In this document: positions 36,334 to 40,750 of the stretch, piece after piece
Position numbering within the stretch: the stretch's first letter is position 1
Layout: each line of letters starts with the position of its first letter
Assembly (NCBI GenBank): GCA_040880105.1
Contig: JBBDJA010000004.1
Span: 1-40,750 of the forward strand
Length of the DNA: 40,750 nucleotides
Direction: 5' to 3'
DNA from: Waddliaceae bacterium
GTDB taxonomy: Bacteria; Chlamydiota; Chlamydiia; Chlamydiales; SLOH01
The notes under the pieces: model-generated
What the model saw: only the letters and a program-made list of their open reading frames with translations
The model's database searches: none
What the model was told of the DNA's origin: nothing
Program-made: the position numbers and the translations under genes

Positions 36334-37140
36334 ATGCTTTATCTCATCTCAACACCCATCGGAAACTTAAAAGACCTGACGCATCGCGCCGTCGAAATAT
36401 TAAAAACAGTCGACCTTATCCTTTGTGAAGACACAAGACACAGCTTAACTCTTTTAAGAGCCTACGAAATCACAAACTCTCTTGAAAGCTACCATAAGTT
36501 TTCAGAAAAAAGAAAATTGTCTCATATTATTGCGAAATTGAAAGAAGGGATGGAAATTGCAATTATCAGCGACGCCGGAACTCCTCTCATTTCAGATCCG
36601 GGAGGCGACCTTGTGAGTGAGTGTTTGAATGAAGAGATTCAAGTGACTGCCATTCCAGGACCCAGCGCTCTCATCGCAGCCCTAACCGTATCGGGACTTG
36701 ACGCAAGCCAATTTCAATTTATAGGATTTCTTCCCAAGAAAAAAACGCAAGCGCTACTCGACCTTGCAATGTATCCCGGAACAACCATTTGTTATGAGTC
36801 CCCAAAAAGGCTATTATCGACACTGGAAGCTCTCAATCAACTCATTCCCGATCGGCGCGCTGTGGTCGCAAGGGAGCTGACTAAACAGCATGAAGAGGTG
36901 ATTCGCGGAACGTCTAAAGAAATTTTAGACCATTTCAAAACCCAAGATCCTCGAGGAGAGATTGTTCTTCTTATTGCGGGAGACGAACACTTTATCGACT
37001 GGAAATCACTCCCGCCGACAGAACACGTAACACAATTGATGAACACCTATCAACTTTCAAAGCAAGACGCTGTTAAAATAGCTGCAAAGCTTCGCTCAGT
37101 ACCAAAAGGCGAGATCTACAAAGACTCGCTTGACATCTAA
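36334..37140 (+). CDS. rsmI: 16S rRNA (cytidine1402-2'-O)-methyltransferase
   Basis: LYLISTPIGNL, CEDTR, SDAGTPLISDPG, IPGPSA, YESPKR, ARELTKQHEE, RGEIV. Confidence 0.97.
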   Translation: MLYLISTPIGNLKDLTHRAVEILKTVDLILCEDTRHSLTLLRAYEITNSLESYHKFSEKRKLSHIIAKLKEGMEIAIISDAGTPLISDPGGDLVSECLNEEIQVTAIPGPSALIAALTVSGLDASQFQFIGFLPKKKTQALLDLAMYPGTTICYESPKRLLSTLEALNQLIPDRRAVVARELTKQHEEVIRGTSKEILDHFKTQDPRGEIVLLIAGDEHFIDWKSLPPTEHVTQLMNTYQLSKQDAVKIAAKLRSVPKGEIYKDSLDI

Positions 37141-37149
37141 TTTTTTCCC

Positions 37150-37178
37150 TTTACAGATCCGTTTCTAATCGCTATAAG
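37150..37178 (+). promoter_or_regulatory. Putative promoter of the FadL-like gene
   Basis: TTTACA(37150-37155)-N17-TATAAG(37173-37178), 28 nt before the ATG. Confidence 0.45.
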
Positions 37179-37206
37179 TGAAATTTATTTCTAAAAAAGA
37201 GCATCA

Positions 37207-38445
37207 ATGAAAAAACTTACTCTACTATTTCTTTTTCCGTTTTGCCTTCAAGCCCTGCTTATCCAGCCGATTGGAGGTGCCAAATCACAAGGCCGCGCAA
37301 ATGCTCAAATGGCCGAACCACGAGATGCTCTTGTCGGTGCGCAAAACCCAGCTGCGATGTCCTTTCTCGGCAATCGCTACGATATTGGGGCGACTTGGGT
37401 TCATCAGGAAGGATCTTCTACAATTCGCGACAATTTATTGATTGACGGAACATTTAATAACAGCAGAACTGAAAATTTCCCTTTCCCTGATCTTGCGGTC
37501 AATAAGCAAATCTGCGAATGCGATTTCACTCTCGGTTTTTTAGCCTATACACGCGCATTTGTAAAGTCGGACTATGACACCAACTTCCCCTTTTTCGGAA
37601 CATCCGATCTTGGTTTAGAATACCTCCACGAAACTTTTTCTCCAGCTTTTACAATCAGATTAGGTACGAACCACGCCTTTGGGATCACACTCGATGTCCA
37701 TGTGCTAAGAATGAAAATCAATGGTCTTGAGAACCTCGCCCTCCCCATTTTTACAGACCTTCCCGACTATGTGACTAATAACAAATACAATTATTCAGTT
37801 GCAGTTGGAACAACCATCGGATGGATGAGCCGCGTCTCTGACTGCGTCTCTGTCGGCTTTGCTTGGCAACCGCCGGTTCCCGCTCGAAGATTTGGTAAGT
37901 ATAAAGGCTTTTTAGCTGACCGAGGTGAGTGGTGCATCCCCCATCGTATTATGGGAGGAGTTGCCGTAAGAGCGCTCCCCTGCCTCAGTTTTGAATTTGA
38001 CCTGGAGTACATCAAATGGAACGGAATTCAAGCACTTGACAACACATTCTTTTTTCCCGGAACAGAAGGAGATGAGACGTTGCTTGGAGATAAATACGGT
38101 CCCGGTTTTGGCTGGCGCGACCAACTCATCGCCCGTTTAGGCGCTGAATGGAAAATCAATCAAATGGCCTCTGTTCGAGTTGGCTACCAAAACTCAAGAG
38201 CTCCGATGAAGGGTAACAGCACCTTGCCAAATCTTTTGATCCCTGAAACACCCGAAGACCTAGTCACTTTTGGCGGAACCTGGCGTTTTGACTGCTTCAA
38301 TGAAATTTCTTTTTTCTATGCTCACGCCTTTCAAAACCAAATTAATGGAAATGAGTCTATCCCCGATCTATTTTTCGGAGGAGGCGAGGTGGATCTCAGC
38401 CGCACAAAAGACTTTTTCGGCGTCTCATGGGGAAGATATTTCTAA
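37207..38445 (+). CDS. OmpP1/FadL/TodX family outer-membrane transporter
   Basis: Signal peptide, N-terminal hatch with G..A...NPAAM motif, amphipathic beta-strands, GFGWRDQ, VRVGY, C-terminal aromatic WGRYF. Confidence 0.85.
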   Translation: MKKLTLLFLFPFCLQALLIQPIGGAKSQGRANAQMAEPRDALVGAQNPAAMSFLGNRYDIGATWVHQEGSSTIRDNLLIDGTFNNSRTENFPFPDLAVNKQICECDFTLGFLAYTRAFVKSDYDTNFPFFGTSDLGLEYLHETFSPAFTIRLGTNHAFGITLDVHVLRMKINGLENLALPIFTDLPDYVTNNKYNYSVAVGTTIGWMSRVSDCVSVGFAWQPPVPARRFGKYKGFLADRGEWCIPHRIMGGVAVRALPCLSFEFDLEYIKWNGIQALDNTFFFPGTEGDETLLGDKYGPGFGWRDQLIARLGAEWKINQMASVRVGYQNSRAPMKGNSTLPNLLIPETPEDLVTFGGTWRFDCFNEISFFYAHAFQNQINGNESIPDLFFGGGEVDLSRTKDFFGVSWGRYF

Positions 38446-38448
38446 AGC

Positions 38449-38605
38449 AGCCTCTGATTAACTCGGGTCGGTTAAGTTTTGCATGAATTTTTTCTAAAAT
38501 TCGAAAAAACAATCGAGGTTACCCACTTGTTGGTTAACCGAGAGCGTTTTTTTAAATTCCCTCGAAAAAGGTACTAAATTTAACAGTCTGAGTTAATCAG
38601 AGGCT
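38449..38605. mobile_element. 157-bp palindromic MITE-like element with 16-bp perfect terminal inverted repeats
   Basis: AGCCTCTGATTAACTC(38449-38464)...GAGTTAATCAGAGGCT(38590-38605); imperfect internal symmetry centred at 38527; related copy at 8-81. Mobility is inferred. Confidence 0.7.
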
Positions 38606-38650
38606 CCTACAAATAAAACCGCCTCTCATATGAAATAAAAAGTTATAAAT

Positions 38651-40363
38651 ATGAATGCTATTACTCCTCACTTAGAAGCGTTTCTAGAGCAAATTGGTGA
38701 AACTGAAGAGTATAAGAGCAACGAAATAGATCAGAAGTTTTTAGACGATCGAAAGCAGCTTGCAAGAAGGATCGGGGGGGAGGCTCTACGCCAGTTTCAT
38801 ATCCTCTCTCAGTATGTCAAAAGCAGAAACCTCAAGCGCTCAGCTAGAAAAATATCAGCCCTAGACGTTACCTACGAAAACCCAAACGCTCAAATCAAGC
38901 AAGGGATCACTCTTCTACATCTTGCATGTATGTGCGGAGACCTAGAGTTAGTAAATGCATTAATTTCAGCCGGCGCAAACCCCAACGCTCACGACAAAAG
39001 CGGTAATACCCCTTTACACATGGCCATCAAATTTGCAACAACAGAAGCTGTAAAAGCTTTACTTAAAGCCGGCGCAGACCCCAACGCTCAAGACCGAAGC
39101 GGCCAATCCCTTTTACACTTGGCTTGTGTGAGCGGAGAGATAGAAACCACAGCAGCTTTACTTACAGCCGGAGCAGACCCAAACGTTCAAGACCCAAGCG
39201 CTGAAACCCCTCTATTTAAAACTTGCATATATGGGCGATCAAAAATTGCAAAGCTCTTAATTGCCGCCGGAGCAGGCCCAACAATCTTAAACAATTACGA
39301 CATGTTCCCTATACATCAAGCCTCTAAGCAGGGACACGCGGAGACTGTAGGAGTATTAATGAGAGCCGGCGTTGATCCAAACACCTTTGACAAGTTCGGT
39401 TACCCACCTTTACACATTGCGTGTGTTTATGGAGGAATAGGGGTCATTAAATCTATTATAAGAGCAGGTGCAAATCTTATGATAAGAAACTCAACCGGAA
39501 AATCATTTTTCGACGAAATCAAAATTTCCAAAACTATTGATGTTAATGGATTCGAAGCCATTGGCAATGCGATCATTCAGCAAAATTTTTCTCTAGATCG
39601 ACTTCAAAAAAACATACTGCTTCTTGCCGATCAAATAAAAGATACAGAAATCTTTCTTCATACTTTTTCAAATCTTTTTCATGTCGAGGAAATAGCAGAA
39701 GATCGAGGAGACATCCTAAAATCTTTAAGAGAAACATCTAAAATTAAAGAGGAACATTTCCAAGAATTAATTCAACTAATGAAAGGAGAAACCTCTTTAA
39801 ATGATGAAAATAGAAAAAGAATATTTAGTAATATACTACTTCTCGACATGCCAATTTTCAACGAATTGCTAGATGAAAATGTAGACGAGGTTAAAGAAAT
39901 CGAACCTAAATTTAAAAGTGAAGAACGAATTTTTAATTTTGGATATCTTAAAGAGGCTAAATACAATAGCGATCGCAAAGATGTCGCGCATCTCCAAATC
40001 CGCAATCCTAACATCATTCATCAAGATACTCCCCCTCTTGATGCAGACAACGAAGTAAAAGAAAACGGATTACTTGAAGTTCCTGTTCATAGAGTAGTAT
40101 TAGCCCTCTCTTGTAGAAAGGAAGAGATTCAGCAAGCTTTGAAAGAAGAGGGACCTATTAACCTTACAAATATGGTTCCAAAAAGACTTCAAAAGCAAGA
40201 GCTCTTTGATGCTCTTCTCCATTTGCTTTACCACGCGAATTTACCAACTGACATGAGATATTTAACAAAAGACTTACTCGATCTCGGGAAAAGGATGGGA
40301 TTAAATCAGCCATTTATCAGTTATCTTCGTTTAATCTCAGCACTCGAAGCTAAAGAAGAGTAG
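38651..40363 (+). CDS. Ankyrin-repeat protein with a putative C-terminal BTB/POZ-like domain (effector candidate)
   Basis: Six 33-aa repeats (G.TPLH.A...G....V..LL.AGADPN); C-terminal VPVHRVVLALSC and LFDALLHLLYHANL resemble BTB motifs. Confidence 0.88.
   Translation: MNAITPHLEAFLEQIGETEEYKSNEIDQKFLDDRKQLARRIGGEALRQFHILSQYVKSRNLKRSARKISALDVTYENPNAQIKQGITLLHLACMCGDLELVNALISAGANPNAHDKSGNTPLHMAIKFATTEAVKALLKAGADPNAQDRSGQSLLHLACVSGEIETTAALLTAGADPNVQDPSAETPLFKTCIYGRSKIAKLLIAAGAGPTILNNYDMFPIHQASKQGHAETVGVLMRAGVDPNTFDKFGYPPLHIACVYGGIGVIKSIIRAGANLMIRNSTGKSFFDEIKISKTIDVNGFEAIGNAIIQQNFSLDRLQKNILLLADQIKDTEIFLHTFSNLFHVEEIAEDRGDILKSLRETSKIKEEHFQELIQLMKGETSLNDENRKRIFSNILLLDMPIFNELLDENVDEVKEIEPKFKSEERIFNFGYLKEAKYNSDRKDVAHLQIRNPNIIHQDTPPLDADNEVKENGLLEVPVHRVVLALSCRKEEIQQALKEEGPINLTNMVPKRLQKQELFDALLHLLYHANLPTDMRYLTKDLLDLGKRMGLNQPFISYLRLISALEAKEE
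38900..39495 (+). repeat. 99-bp tandem coding repeats (ankyrin units)
   Basis: GCCGGCGCAAACCCCAACGCTC-like units at 38969, 39068, 39167, 39266, 39365, 39464. Confidence 0.85.
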
Positions 40364-40750
40364 GTTGAGTCCATAAAATTGTGTAAATTCGATGATCACT
40401 GAGAAAAAAATGGTGAGTCATCTGACCTTTTGTTAAGTTTTAAATTAGAAACAAAGAAAACTTAAAAGGAGATGACTCATATGAAGGATATCAAACTTGC
40501 TACACAATGGCAACAAGCACTTATAGATCAACCGGATTTTCTTAAACAAACCATTCAAGCTTTGCTGCAAAAAGCTATTGGTGAAGAATTTAACCATTTT
40601 ATTGGGGCAGACGAATATGAACGCACAGATCAACGTTCAGGCTATAGGAACGGAAGTTACACTAGATCATTACAAACGAGAGTAGGAGCTCTGGAGCGCG
40701 AAATAGCGCGCATTTCGCTGCTGCCGCTGAGCAGCCCCATTCCTCGGCAC
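40363..40750 (+). mobile_element. IS256-family insertion sequence, left end (incomplete)
   Basis: Candidate IRL GGTTGAGTCCATAAAATTGTGTAAA at 40363, followed by an RBS and a transposase N-terminus. Confidence 0.8.
40481..40750 (+). CDS. IS256-family transposase, N-terminal part (runs off the window; not in the ORF track)
   Basis: AAGGAG RBS; MKDIKLATQWQQAL...EEFNHFIGADEYERTDQRSGYRNGSYTRSLQTRVGALE matches the IS256 YER..R.GYRNG..R.L.TRVG motif. Alternative ATG at 40472. Confidence 0.85.
   Translation, partial: MKDIKLATQWQQALIDQPDFLKQTIQALLQKAIGEEFNHFIGADEYERTDQRSGYRNGSYTRSLQTRVGALEREIARISLLPLSSPIPRH

Noticed and set aside
38900..39495. Periodic repeats as a CRISPR-like array
   Set aside because: 99-bp in-frame period encoding ankyrin units; no repeat-spacer structure and no cas genes.
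40445..40633. 62-aa minus-strand ORF
   Set aside because: Antisense to the IS256 transposase.

Overview
Mostly housekeeping DNA from an environmental member of the Chlamydiota. The assignment rests on gene order and the murC-ddl fusion, which match the C. trachomatis CT756-CT782 region as I recall it. Left to right: hypothetical / folD-apbE, mutS, priA, lysS, a NapF/NapG-like ferredoxin coupled to cysS, a PlsC-ACP-acyl-ACP synthetase fusion, a minus-strand run (CT768-like, HAD, type III glutamine synthetase, nadD, rsfS, fabF, NUDIX), cutA-nrnA-STAS-miaA, the dcw cluster (murF-mraY-murD-LysM-ftsW-[extra ORF]-murG-murC/ddl-ftsQ), tRNA-Cys, rsmI, a FadL-type outer-membrane protein, an ankyrin+BTB-like protein and the left end of an IS256-family element. 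No CRISPR array, defence island or complete novel multi-gene system is evident. The best leads are: (i) a 157-bp palindromic MITE-like element with a second diverged copy at the window start; (ii) two small ORFs below the track cut-off (40 aa with RBS and terminator; 53 aa membrane protein before lysS); (iii) an orphan membrane ORF inside the dcw cluster; (iv) a perfect 17-bp palindrome upstream of murF; (v) an ankyrin-BTB effector candidate whose stop codon abuts the IS end. All calls come from reading the sequence by eye; no searches were run.
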